This document shows positions 1-11,200 of a stretch of DNA of 64,000 nucleotides, piece after piece. Where the stretch lies: the NCBI RefSeq assembly GCF_002571385.2, contig NW_019218266.1:8843-72842 (forward strand), read 5' to 3'. The DNA is from Stylophora pistillata (taxonomy: Eukaryota). The notes under the pieces were generated by a model. The model was not told the origin of the DNA. It ran no database searches and worked only from the letters and a program-made list of their open reading frames with translations. The position numbers were made by a program, and so were the translations under genes. Position 1 is the stretch's first letter, and the number at the start of each line of letters is the position of its first letter.

Positions 1-808
1 ACGGTCGCCCAAAGACATACTCAATGGGGCCAAACTTTGAATAGGCTACTCTAAACACGCGCTGGGGAGTCGTGTAGGACTGTCAACCCCATTTTACAAC
101 AATTTCTCGTCTAACTATTTCCGAAAAGTGTGTCCTGAATGAAGGTGGTTTCTTCTTTGTAACCCATAGTGACGTAGCCGTCTCTTCAAAGTCCTCACGT
201 TGATTAAAATCCCATGGTATTCTGCCAGAAAGCAGAGTTAATAGATATAGGTTCCCTCTATTAACTCTGCAGAAAGTGAGCAATGGTTTCGTAACGAAAT
301 CCCTTATTAAAGTAATGTTCTATAGCCAATCTTTCGTCTCCCGAGCTGGACAACACACTTTCCTCTTCACGCCATTTTAGTGTTCCACAACAACGGCAGA
401 ATGTTTCATTGTTCCCACATTCTCTTCCACATTTATGACAGAACATGTTCTATCCTCGTTCCTTCGCCATTTTGTATGCGGGAAGATGCGGGATATGGCA
501 AGAAAACGCCGGTGTAACGCTGGGTGACTGCTGGCGCAAATAGCACGCGACAAAAAATTTTTTTGGATTTGCAAAATATTTTCGGATTTTGAAAAAAGTT
601 TTTTGGATTTCAAGATATTTTTTTGGATTCGCAAAATATTTTTGGATTTTGAAAAATGTTTTTGGATTTCTAAAGATCTTTTTGGATTTGCAAAATATCT
701 TTGGATTTGTCAAACTTTTCGACAGTGAGTTTAAAATAAATATTGCGATTTGAAATATTTTTCGGCATTTGAAAAATATTTTTGGATTGTCCCTTTTCGG
801 CTTCCGTA
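1..808 (-). mobile_element. IS3EU-like DNA transposon (one end plus degenerate transposase N-terminus), continues off the window
   Basis: Minus-strand terminus TACGGAAGCC at 808 (TAY..RTA type). About 21-bp subterminal tandem repeats at 555-790. ORF from 446 encodes a CxxC..CxxC ribbon, then AIEHYFNKGFRYETIAHFL-AEYHGILINVRTLKRRLRHYGLQRR (HTH/Clr5-like) once the 233-269 insert and one TSD copy are removed. Hydrolase homology stops at about 809. Confidence 0.7.
233..269. mobile_element. 37-bp miniature inverted-repeat element with 7-bp TSD
   Basis: Perfect 13-bp TIRs cagagttaataga (233-245) / tctattaactctg (257-269). Direct repeat cagaaag at 226-232 and 270-276. Excision restores the host transposase frame. 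Confidence 0.85.
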
Positions 809-1396
809 GTGTTTCACACAAAAACAAAGGATCATGGGCGAACTTAGAAAGATGGACGTAATTGCGGAGGTTCAGCATGTGGAGGTCATCATGATAGGGT
901 GGGGAGTTGGTCATGACACCAATTGTATTATCGTACAGTTTTGGTCCCTCTTCGGTGTACTCAATAATGATGCCGTCACCACTTTTGTCCGTGATCGAGA
1001 AGTGCAATTCAAAGGTGTTTTCTTTCAGAGGTTGTTCCCACACAAGTGGGAACGAGTCCTTTTTCCAAGCCTCTCGCACCTCTTGAGCAGTTGCAAAGTT
1101 GCCCAGAATCCAAAACGTAAACTCCAAGTTGGAAATGGCCGAGCCACACTTGCTTTTGGAGATGAACTGATATCTGGAAAAACCAGGAAACAGAAGAGCA
1201 CCCACGGAAAGTCCAGCGTCATTTTAGCCGTCACTTCTGACAGGTGAGTCCCAAGCATCAAGGTATGCGATCTTGTATTTATTGGTCCAGGTCATTGCTG
1301 GTGAACTACGGGAGGAGGTCTTTGGTAGAGATGCAGTGTGAGGGTAACCCTTGGGCTCCACCAAGACACGCGACATAAGATCCACCATAAACTCCA
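809..1396 (-). pseudogene. Choloylglycine hydrolase/penicillin V acylase paralogue, pseudogene
   Basis: Aligns to the 6060-7166 protein from EFMVDL..VEPKGYPHT to SKFAHDPL. In-frame TAA at 1226-1224 where the intact gene has CTA (DG*NDAG vs DGLNDAG). Signal peptide and catalytic Cys absent. 3' part cut by the element ending at 808. Confidence 0.9.
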
Positions 1397-1410
1397 AACA
1401 AAACAATGTC

Positions 1411-2201
1411 CAAACAAAAAATATACTGCAGCAAATAAAAAATATACTGCAGCAAATAAAAAATATACTGCAGCAAATAAAAAATATACTGCAGCAAATA
1501 AAAAATATACTGCAGCAAATAAAAAATACACTGCAGCAAATAAAAAATATACTGCAGCAAATAAAAAAATCAAAACGCAAAGAAAAAAAGTACCGCAGCA
1601 AATAAAAAATGCAACGCAAACAAAAAATACTGCAGCAAATAAAATATGCAACGCAAACCAGAAAAAAAAGAAAACGCAAACAAAAAAAATTGGAACGCAA
1701 CGCCAAGGAAAACTGGGTAATAGTTCTTAGTTTCCCGTCAACACTCGTTCCATCCTTTGCTTGTTCGCCTTTCCGAAACCATGTTTTGCAGCGAACTTAT
1801 GACAGTACCATGCTGCTCCTTTAAAAAAGTGATAATAACTCCATTTTCATACCCTTGATGAAAGCAATCTTCTATAATCCTACGCAGATCGCTTTCGTCC
1901 ATGACAAAAAGCAAGTTCCAGTTCATGCGGCTTTCAGGGAAACTAAGAACTATTACCCAGTCTTCCTTGGCGTTGCGTTCCAATTTTTTTCGTTTGCGTT
2001 TTCCTTCTTTTTGTTTGCGTTACATTTTTTATTTGCTGCAGTATTTTTTGTTTGCGTTGCAGTTTTTTATTTGCTGCAGTACTTTTTTTCTTTGCGTTTT
2101 GATTTTTTTATTTGCTGAAGTATATTTTTTATTTGCTGAAGTATATTTTTTATTTGCTGCAGTATATTTTTTGTTTGCGTTGAGCATTCTGGGCCACCGT
2201 A
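1411..2201. mobile_element. Non-autonomous IS3EU-like foldback element with 21-bp repeat arms
   Basis: Left arm 1411-1736 and right arm 1937-2201 are inverted copies built from aaaaaatatactgcagcaaat units. Right end reads TACGGTGGCCC on the minus strand; the left terminal ~25 bp are missing. The spacer encodes an HTH-like fragment MDESDLRRIIEDCFHQGYENGVIITFLKEQHG. Confidence 0.75.
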
Positions 2202-2203
2202 CT

Positions 2204-3910
2204 TTAGTCATCAAATTATTTCCAAGGTGGGCACACTACGCCGCGCTCTAACTCAACTTCAAGCGACCGCACGCAGACTTGTATCGTATCAGAAAACAAA
2301 AACATCCAGACCGCTTTCTCTTGTACTGGGAGTTTAACAACAACAAAAAAATGATTTCGGGGTCATAATTTGTTTTCTACTCACATTAATGATTTACCAC
2401 TCTAAAAGGAAAATAAATGTGAAGTTGATACGAGTGCCGACTGATTCCAGTGCCATCTGGTCGAGCGATGACAAGTGTAAGATTGCACCATTACAACAAG
2501 ATAGCGACCTCAAAAACGTAAACTGTTGGTCCAGCTGTGATGAGATGAGGCCTAACGTCTAAAAACAAAGCAAATGTTGATTGGAACTGCTCAAAAGCCA
2601 AAGCATGCATGCATCTAAGGGGCAAGTCGCACTAGGGCTAATTATGTTTTTATAAAATGTAAATCTGTCAAAAAGGAGCGTATTCCTAATCTTCAGAGGA
2701 GCCGAGGTCATGCTAAGACTCCTCCAAATTATGGGAAATCGTCTAATTTTGTTGTTTCTTTCTTTAACATCCACAACAACCTAACGGCCGCGAAAATACG
2801 ATTCATTTTGCCTGGTAACTCGCGCAAGATGTTCTGTTTTCTCTAAGGTGGAAGATGGGTTTGGGGTTTGTGAATGACGCCGCGGCTCATCAGTCAAGCT
2901 TTGGAATATACTTAAAAACGAGGGGGGCGGCTGTACACAGGCTAAATAAAGCGAAATTTTAGTCAATTTTTTTCCTCGCGAAAACCTGGAAAATACTTAA
3001 ATTCTCTCCCATGCAACCCTGCAAATTGAAAACCTGGATGTTATTATGACAAGTTGCTCTGAATCAAATTCTGTAGATTAAATCAAGATTTGATTTGATC
3101 AAATATGATTTCATCAAAATTACCGTTTGATTTAATTAGATTTCATTCAGTCACTTCTGAATTCTCTGGTTGAGTCATCATCACTTCCCAAGTAGGCACA
3201 CTACTCAGCGCTCTAAATAACCTTTAAGCGACCGCTCGCAGACATGTATCGAATCAGGAATTAAAAAACATCCAAGCCGCTTCCTGTTGTACTGGGAGTT
3301 CCAATATTACAGCCATATATTTTTTTCCACTCTCAATACACAAAAAGTGTTGATACGAGTGCCATCTGGTTTAGCGATACCACGTGTAAGAATGCACCAT
3401 CACTACAAGATAGCGGCCTCACAAATGCAAATTGCTGGTTCAGCTTTAATGGATGAAGCCTAACGTCTAAAGACGAAGCTAATATTGATTAAAACTGCTC
3501 GAAAGCTTCGTTATGCAGACAAGACATACATACATGTATTTCCAAACGACGCTTAGTAGGTGGGTCAGCTTATGCTCAATGGCTTCGTTGTGTAGACAAG
3601 ACTTCCATTCATCCACTTTAAAATAACGCTATGGGGATGGGTCACACAAAGGCTAACTATGTTTGTTAAGACATAAATCTGTCAACAAGAAGTGTATTCC
3701 CCAATCTTTAGAGGAGCCGAGGTCATGCTAGGAAAACATACGATTCTTGCCTAGTAACTCGCTCAAGATGTTCTGTTCTGTTTTCTCTAATGAGGGAAAT
3801 GGGTTTGTAAATGACGTTGCAGCCCCTCAGTAAATTATTGGTTTGACGCAATTACTGTTAATATTTGTAAACTGTGAAAGTTTTGACAAATTTTTCCTCG
3901 CGAAAAAGTG
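2204..3910. repeat. Diverged direct duplication of a ~750-800 bp non-coding unit (2204-3000 and 3171-3910)
   Basis: Collinear shared blocks, e.g. ggcacactac..gcgctctaa..aagcgaccgc, gttgatacgagtgcc, agaggagccgaggtcatgcta, caagatgttctgtt, tttttcctcgcgaaaa. Confidence 0.8.
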
Positions 3911-5973
3911 AAAAAATATTTCTTATACGACTCAGCCCTAGAGGAGAGACTGGAGAAAAAGAGTTAGAAGTAATTAACATCTCAAAGGGAGCTTGCAAAT
4001 TGTTTACGTCATCAGCAAACTAAACTCTGGAATTAGCTATAGCCTGCTCAAAAGGGCAACAACTTTTCTATCTGTGCATGTGGAGGAAAACATTGTAACA
4101 TTCCCTTACAAACCAATTCTCGACGGGCTGTTATGCAGTGTGGGGCAACTAATTAAAAGACCACTTAAATAGGTAGCTACGAGCTCGGAGAAGTTGCGTC
4201 AGAGTGATACTAGATGCTTTCTTCAACGACAATATAATATTGTTATCTGCTTAGTTAGGTCGGCTTCCACCTGACGATATTATTCGTGTAAGAAAACATC
4301 CCCACTTGATGAAGTCTGGAATGGCCATAGTCGGCAGAAATTTTCAACCAATGTTGAAGGTAATCTTACATGATTTTACACGCCGACTGACGATATCATT
4401 CGCGCAGAAAACATCCATACTCCATAAAATATATAATGGCCAGGGTCGGAAGTATTTTCTACCTTTGTGAAAGGAGAGCCTAATTAGAAAAAATGCTGGT
4501 TATCACGTCTAAGGGCAAGAAAAATTCAACTTCAGAACATTTCATGCCATTGCCACCCAACTGTGGAACGGAACAGATATCCCTTGGAGATGTCTTTTCA
4601 CAGATGGGTTTTTTTTATACTTCCAAAGAAAGAGAATATTGAGAAACTCTACTGCTGCGCAATGAAATAACGATTATACGTATCACATTTCTTTCTCTTT
4701 CTCTCTTTTTTTAACTAGTATTAACAGTTTATTTCACGCTAGTTTTATGCCAGATTTAGAACGGCTACTATGTAAACTACTAATCAGTAATTGATGTCAT
4801 CCACATGCACACAGTCGCCACAGCCAGTAGTTTTTGAAAATCTCCGACTTATCTCTGATAAGTGTAAAATTTCCCTGACCAGTGACTTGACAATTTCACA
4901 GAATAGTCTAAATGATGACCTTCGATTTTCCCTCACATCCATCCTCTCCACCCATTTATCTGCGCTTTTAGAAAGTTACATGCAATTTACATAGATTGAT
5001 ACTTCCTTAACTTAAAGTGGAAAAAGGGTTAGAATTCCTTGGAAAGCTAGTATCAGCTTGTCTTTCAATTTCTCTAAAAAATATTCTACTATTCCAACAC
5101 GTTCCAAGTCTGTGAAATGTACCAGCGAATTTGATAGGTTAAAGAACAGTAGATAACAATAGTAGATAAAAAGAGAAGCGTACTATTTCATTCACAAACT
5201 ACCTTTAGCTCGCATGGGTGACATCGACACCACAAAAACTGAAGTGTTCGCATCTTTCATCATGAGAAAGCTTATAAGTTTATATTTATTTGTGAATTCA
5301 CTTTCCTCTGACTTTTCCGCCCAAAGGCAAACTTTTCCCAGACTCAATGTAAAATTTCCTGACTTCTTCCTGACCTACAGCAACCATGCATGATTAATTA
5401 AAGTGCTATCTTTATCATAGATGGTGACTTGTAAGGTGAAACTACAGGTAAAACAAAAATAGTGATAAAAAAAGAGAATAAAAAATTAGTGGCAGGTGAC
5501 TTGTCTGGAGAGGCGCCAAAGATCAAAGATAGAAAGAAACGTGCTTCATGCTAAGATGGGAGGTTCCCGACTGAACACTATCTTTTGGTTTAGTGTTCTC
5601 ACAGTGCGACTGAACAAACCAAAAGCAGCTTTTGTTAACTGGTTACGCAGAAATGAAAGAAATACTATCAAGCGATGAGCAAGGCCAGGTTCGAAAACTT
5701 AACCGCGATGACAGACGGCAAGAAAAGGTGGGTTTGATTACCCCACAATCTTCACTTACTGACTGTGCTATTAATAAGTTGTCTGTAGACAGATCAATTA
5801 TTTTTTACCATTAATAAACCTATCGTCTTCGAAGAACGATAGACGAAGCATATCGATTGCATGACTGAAAGGACATCACGATATTTTAATTAGGAAATGT
5901 CACGAACGTGATGCTTTTGACAAGTATCATTCATGAATTATAGACACCTGTCTGACAGTTCCTTGAAAGTCAT

Positions 5974-5980
5974 TATAAAA
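5974..5980 (+). promoter_or_regulatory. Candidate TATA box of the Ntn hydrolase gene
   Basis: TATAAAA about 80 bp upstream of ATG 6060. A candidate AATAAA polyA signal lies at 7365-7370. Confidence 0.45.
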
Positions 5981-6059
5981 GGAGTGGCAAAAAAAGTTTT
6001 TATTACACATCGAAAGAAACCTTCGTTCAGATTGTCGCCTTTCTGAATCTTCTAGAACG

Positions 6060-7166
6060 ATGAAGCTTGCACTCGTGGTTCCAATAATGCTGGCGCATTT
6101 TCTTGTCACCGACGCCTGTACTGAGATTAGATTGACCGCCGAGGACAAAACTGTTGTAATCGGGCGGAGCATGGAGTATATTTTCGATCTCCTGCCGAAT
6201 GTCGTGGTGGAGCCAAAGGATCACCCCCATACTGTAGAGCTGCCAGAGACGTGTTCCCCTACTTCACCAGCAATATCCTGGACCAATAAATACAAGATCA
6301 TTTACCTTGACGCTTGGGAGATGCCTTACGCAACTGACGGCCTAAATGACGCTGGACTTTCCGCGGGTGCACTCTTGTTTCCTAGTTTTACCAAATACCA
6401 GACCGTCCCCAAAGACAAATGTGGTGCGGCCATTTCCAACTCGGCGTTCCAATCATGGATTCTAGGCAACTTCGCAACTGCTCAAGAGGTGCGAGAGGCT
6501 TGGAAAAAGGACTCGTTCCCACTTGTGTGGGGACAATCTATGAACGGGTTCATCTCTGAATTACACTGGTCTATCAACGACAAAACTGGTGACGGCGTCG
6601 TTATTGAGTACACCGAACAGGGACCAAAACTGTACGATAATACAATTGGTGTCGTCACCAACTCCCCACCCTATGACTTCCAAGTGATGAACCTCCGCAA
6701 TTACGTCCAACTTTCCAAGTTCGCCCATGATCCTTTGGTTTTGGGTAAAACAACGTTCCCTCCCACTGGCCAAGGAAGTGGACTCCTTGGTGTCCCAGGA
6801 GATTTCACTCCCCCTTCGAGACTAGTACGTTCTGCGGCTATGGTGCACTTTGCTAATCCAGTCAAGAAAAGCGATGAGGCGGTGAACTTGGCTTTCCACA
6901 TCATGAACACTGTTGATATTCCTCGCGGAGTCTCTTCATCCCATGATCATGAAAGTACGCCAGGCTACACTTCGTGGGTTGTGGTCAAGGACCTCACCAA
7001 CATGGCAATGTACTTTCGCACTTATGAAGATCTCACTATCCGTGTGGTGTATCTTGACAAATTAACCCCTAGCGAGAAGTTGAAATTCAAGATTGGAGGC
7101 CCTGTTGGCGGCTTTGTAGACGTAACCGGAGATCTTAAGCCTGCTCATGCGCGTACTGAACTTTAA
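6060..7166 (+). CDS. Secretory-pathway choloylglycine hydrolase / penicillin V acylase-family Ntn hydrolase (368 aa, intronless)
   Basis: 19-aa signal peptide ending TDA, then nucleophile Cys20 (CTEIRL). Family motifs GRSME, DGLNDAGL, GVVTNSP, NLRNY, GQGSGLLGVPGDFTPPSR, VDIPRG, YFRTY. C-terminal RTEL. Confidence 0.93.
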   Translation: MKLALVVPIMLAHFLVTDACTEIRLTAEDKTVVIGRSMEYIFDLLPNVVVEPKDHPHTVELPETCSPTSPAISWTNKYKIIYLDAWEMPYATDGLNDAGLSAGALLFPSFTKYQTVPKDKCGAAISNSAFQSWILGNFATAQEVREAWKKDSFPLVWGQSMNGFISELHWSINDKTGDGVVIEYTEQGPKLYDNTIGVVTNSPPYDFQVMNLRNYVQLSKFAHDPLVLGKTTFPPTGQGSGLLGVPGDFTPPSRLVRSAAMVHFANPVKKSDEAVNLAFHIMNTVDIPRGVSSSHDHESTPGYTSWVVVKDLTNMAMYFRTYEDLTIRVVYLDKLTPSEKLKFKIGGPVGGFVDVTGDLKPAHARTEL

Positions 7167-8257
7167 GGAAGCTTTTTGTTTCAGCGTCCAATTCAGTTAG
7201 GTAACTTACATGAGGTATATGAACTGAAACGCGCGCTCGATTTCAATGTTTATCCCGCTTGGGGCTTTACTGTGCTGGTGTTGGGAATAGTCATTTTTTG
7301 AAGCGAAGGTGTTTTTAAGGAGATCTTAGGATGGGTCTCTTAAATGTAATTCTTGTCGTTTTGAAATAAAAGTCTTTATCATTGTTGCTCGTTTTATCAT
7401 GTGACGGTTCTCAAACCTGGTATCTTGGGAAACTGCAATGGACGCATATCCAGGGGTTAAGAAACAGTTTCAGTTTTCACATTCGGACCAAAACTGAAGA
7501 CCTTCTCAGACAGCACCTTTAAGAGGATGATAGAATTATTTGTCTACGCCTAAATTTCAGCCTGACCAAACACCACACGATATACTTGAAGGTAGCGAAG
7601 CTCAACGATATGAGTGGCCCATTTCAAAGAAACTTTCTATAGTTATGGAATCGTGTGAAAGAGTTCTTTGAATTTTCATTCAAAAGCTGGACAACGAAGG
7701 CTTATGAGTTGCCATGCCGCTATTCAACAGTTGATGAAACCGAAATTACTTTGTTTCTCCCACCGACACAGCACCATAGTTTCCTTTGAAACCTACCCCC
7801 TTTCGCCATTCAACGATTGTCACTTTTCTTTTCTCTTTGTACAAACTCTCCATCTGCCCATCTCCCAGAGCGCCAGCTAATCTAAGGAACACAATTGCAG
7901 GGGGCTGGGACGAGGAAAGAAATTTTCCACCTGCTTCTCAGTCGCCCTCGCGCTCGCTTACCGTATTCTTGCTCGCTTTTCGCTCTGTCGCATGACGAAA
8001 AGAAACATAAAATAAGAACAAAGCGGCTGAAGCCTGACTTCTATTATACATAAAAAGTAAATCAGTCGGCTCTTAAGATGACTTAAGGTCACGCTAAATC
8101 GAAGGTACTGTCACCAGCAAAAGTCCTTTTCAGGACTACAGGCATCTGGACGATCACAAAGCAGGTCGTATATTTTGATATGGTGCAGTCCCCAAGTTTT
8201 TTCTTTTTAAGTTCCCTGGGTCCCTTCTTGCTTTCTCTATAGCCTTTAGGTCCTTGC

Positions 8258-11200
8258 TTAAAGAGCTGAACAGACTGGCACAGAGTTTCTGGTGGTGAAT
8301 CCATCCCCCTCGCCAGAACATGGCACTAGTCTTGGCTCCATGTCACACATCGGACACAATTTATCACGCACTACAGAACTCCGCATCCAAATAATCAAGT
8401 TGATTCTTTCTCCTGATTGGATGGGCAAAGCTCCATGCATATGTTGACCTCTGTGAAGAAGCCCGTAACTTGTCACGTGCTCACACTGAGTACATTGTGT
8501 ATCTTTCAGGGGGACCTAAAAAGGCCCAAGTCTAAATCAAAACTAGCATTTGTTTATAAAGGGTGTTCCATTTGTTGTTTTCTTCCCCAAATTTTAACAC
8601 AGGTAATTCATCATTTTATTGACGAAGTCCGTAGCGCGAGTCCATAAAAATCAGCCCGAAAAAATTATGTTTGCGCTCCGCACGTAACTTTCGATCTTGG
8701 ACTTCGCTCATAATCTTGAGGTTTCCTTCCAGCCTGCAGAGCAGGCGAAATTTTGGAGAGCAAGTACTCAGTGTTTTCTTGGTGAAAATCATAGCTCCCC
8801 TGTTTGATTTTTACAGCAGAGGAAGACTGGGAAGAGTAAGACATTTGAAACAAGAGGGTCTTATTCAAACATGGCCAATCGAATAAAAAATCACACTCTT
8901 GTAATGTTAACTCGCCTTAATAGGTCGCCTGCACTGTATGCTAGTTTCTTTCTATGTAAATGTAGTGTTTCAGTGACACAAAGGTGATGCAATTCAAATT
9001 CAAAGCTTACCTGTCTCATATCACCAAAAAACAACTCTCCTCCAATAAACTCCTTACCAAGTGATACATTTAAAGTGACCTCTGCATTGTCATAGTGATA
9101 ACTGAGATCAAGATCCTCTTCCATCTTGTAATGTACCGTGAATGCCTTGTGTGAATCTAAGGTGTTGCCCCCACATTCAGGATACAACAATCTTGTGATT
9201 GGCATCAAGTAATTTGTTCTCAGGGGTGAGAGAAGCTTCTCGTCAAAACCAAGCTCATTTAGTAAAACCTGTAAAAAATAAATAAATAAATAAGATTCTG
9301 AAAGATCTTAGAACATCGAAAAAGTGAACCTCAAAATAGAATTAAAGGTGAGAGAGGGGAAAGACCTTGAGGTACTTTAAAGAGAATAGGTCTCTTGAAC
9401 ATTTTTGATAACTGCTGTATCCAAGAATCTCCAATCATCTTGTTACACCTATATTTATAGTCCAGCATCAGTATGCATATTCTCAATACTGTTCTTTTTA
9501 CATTTCCTAAAGTACTGACAGGAGAATTTGAATATCAGTCAAAAGATTTTTTAGTTGGTGATCATTTCCTTTATTCTCCTGACCTTAATGTTTCATTCAG
9601 TAGTTTTACTGTAAGGAGACGTTCAATGCTGGTCACTAATGAAAATTAAAGGGTTAGGATTCTTAACACCCAAACACAGAAATTTTAATCAATGTGTCTT
9701 CAAATCTATGGCATCTTGATTTTCTTTTCCCTTAACTTGACAATTACTGAATTTATTAAATAAATTTAACTCGCTAGTAATTTATCTTTAAACTCAGATT
9801 CAGTTATAACATAATACAATACAATANNNNNNNNNNNNNNNNNNNNNNNNNNNNNNNNNNNNNNNNNNNNNNNNNNNNNNNNNNNNNNNNNNNNNNNNNN
9901 NNNNNNNNNNNNNNNNNNNNNNNNNNNNNNNNNNNNNNNNNNNNNNNNNNNNNNNNNNNNNNNNNNNNNNNNNNNNNNNNNNNNNNNNNNNNNNNNNNNN
10001 NNNNNNNNNNNNNNNNNNNNNNNNNNNNNNNNNNNNNNNNNNNNNNNNNNNNNNNNNNNNNNNNNNNNNNNNNNNNNNNNNNNNNNNNNNNNNNNNNNNN
10101 NNNNNNNNNNNNNNNNNNNNNNNNNNNNNNNNNNNNNNNNNNNNNNNNNNNNNNNNNNNNNNNNNNNNNNNNNNNNNNNNNNNNNNNNNNNNNNNNNNNN
10201 NNNNNNNNNNNNNNNNNNNNNNNNNNNNNNNNNNNNNNNNNNNNNNNNNNNNNNNNNNNNNNNNNNNNNNNNNNNNNNNNNNNNNNNNNNNNNNNNNNNN
10301 NNNNNNNNNNNNNNNNNNNNNNNNNNNNNNNNNNNNNNNNNNNNNNNNNNNNNNNNNNNNNNNNNNNNNNNNNNNNNNNNNNNNNNNNNNNNNNNNNNNN
10401 NNNNNNNNNNNNNNNNNNNNNNNNNNNNNNNNNNNNNNNNNNNNNNNNNNNNNNNNNNNNNNNNNNNNNNNNNNNNNNNNNNNNNNNNNNNNNNNNNNNN
10501 NNNNNNNNNNNNNNNNNNNNNNNNNNNNNNNNNNNNNNNNNNNNNNNNNNNNNNNNNNNNNNNNNNNNNNNNNNNNNNNNNNNNNNNNNNNNNNNNNNNN
10601 NNNNNNNNNNNNNNNNNNNNNNNNNNNNNNNNNNNNNNNNNNNNNNNNNNNNNNNNNNNNNNNNNNNNNNNNNNNNNNNNNNNNNNNNNNNNNNNNNNNN
10701 NNNNNNNNNNNNNNNNNNNNNNNNNNNNNNNNNNNNNNNNNNNNNNNNNNNNNNNNAGGGTTAGGGGCAGGAGATGTTAATTTCCCACGCACGAGATTAC
10801 TGTGTAATGGATGTCCTCCTCTGGGGTGGGATGGGTGGGTTTACTGGGCCCACAGTAATTGGTGCAAGCTGTTGCGGTGTCCCTGCCGGTCGGCGATGCT
10901 ATTAAATAATTAAATAAATAAATAATGTCCAAATGTCCAAAGTACTGAATCAAACAACACTGATATAAATGAAGATTGTTTCCTTGCAATTTAAATTTCT
11001 AGTCTGAACATGATTCTAATATTAATCAAAAAATATTCCTTACTTGTAAAATGTACACATCAGGATGCAATGGTTTATAATCAGATGAGATCATCTTTTT
11101 TCTCCTTTGTGAATCTCTACCTAGCTTTTTCCTTCTTTTTATTTCATCTTCTACCTAAGCATCCAAAAAAGCCTTTATTGGAGCAGTTTTTAATTTTATA

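Noticed and set aside
450-808. Novel C-terminal extension on the hydrolase ORF 450-1205
   Set aside because: Read-through from the pseudogene into transposon subterminal repeats.
1292-2251. ORFs with NKKYTAA / FAAVYFL / LQQIKNI repeats, or a CRISPR-like array
   Set aside because: These are translations of the 21-bp transposon arm repeats. There are no unique spacers, no cas genes, and the context is eukaryotic.
6060-7166. Bacterial contamination
   Set aside because: Contiguous, without a gap, with spliced OGFOD2 exons and animal transposons. A local decayed paralogue exists and there is no operon context.
9800-10792. Long X-filled ORF
   Set aside because: Artefact of the N gap, which probably hides OGFOD2 exon(s).
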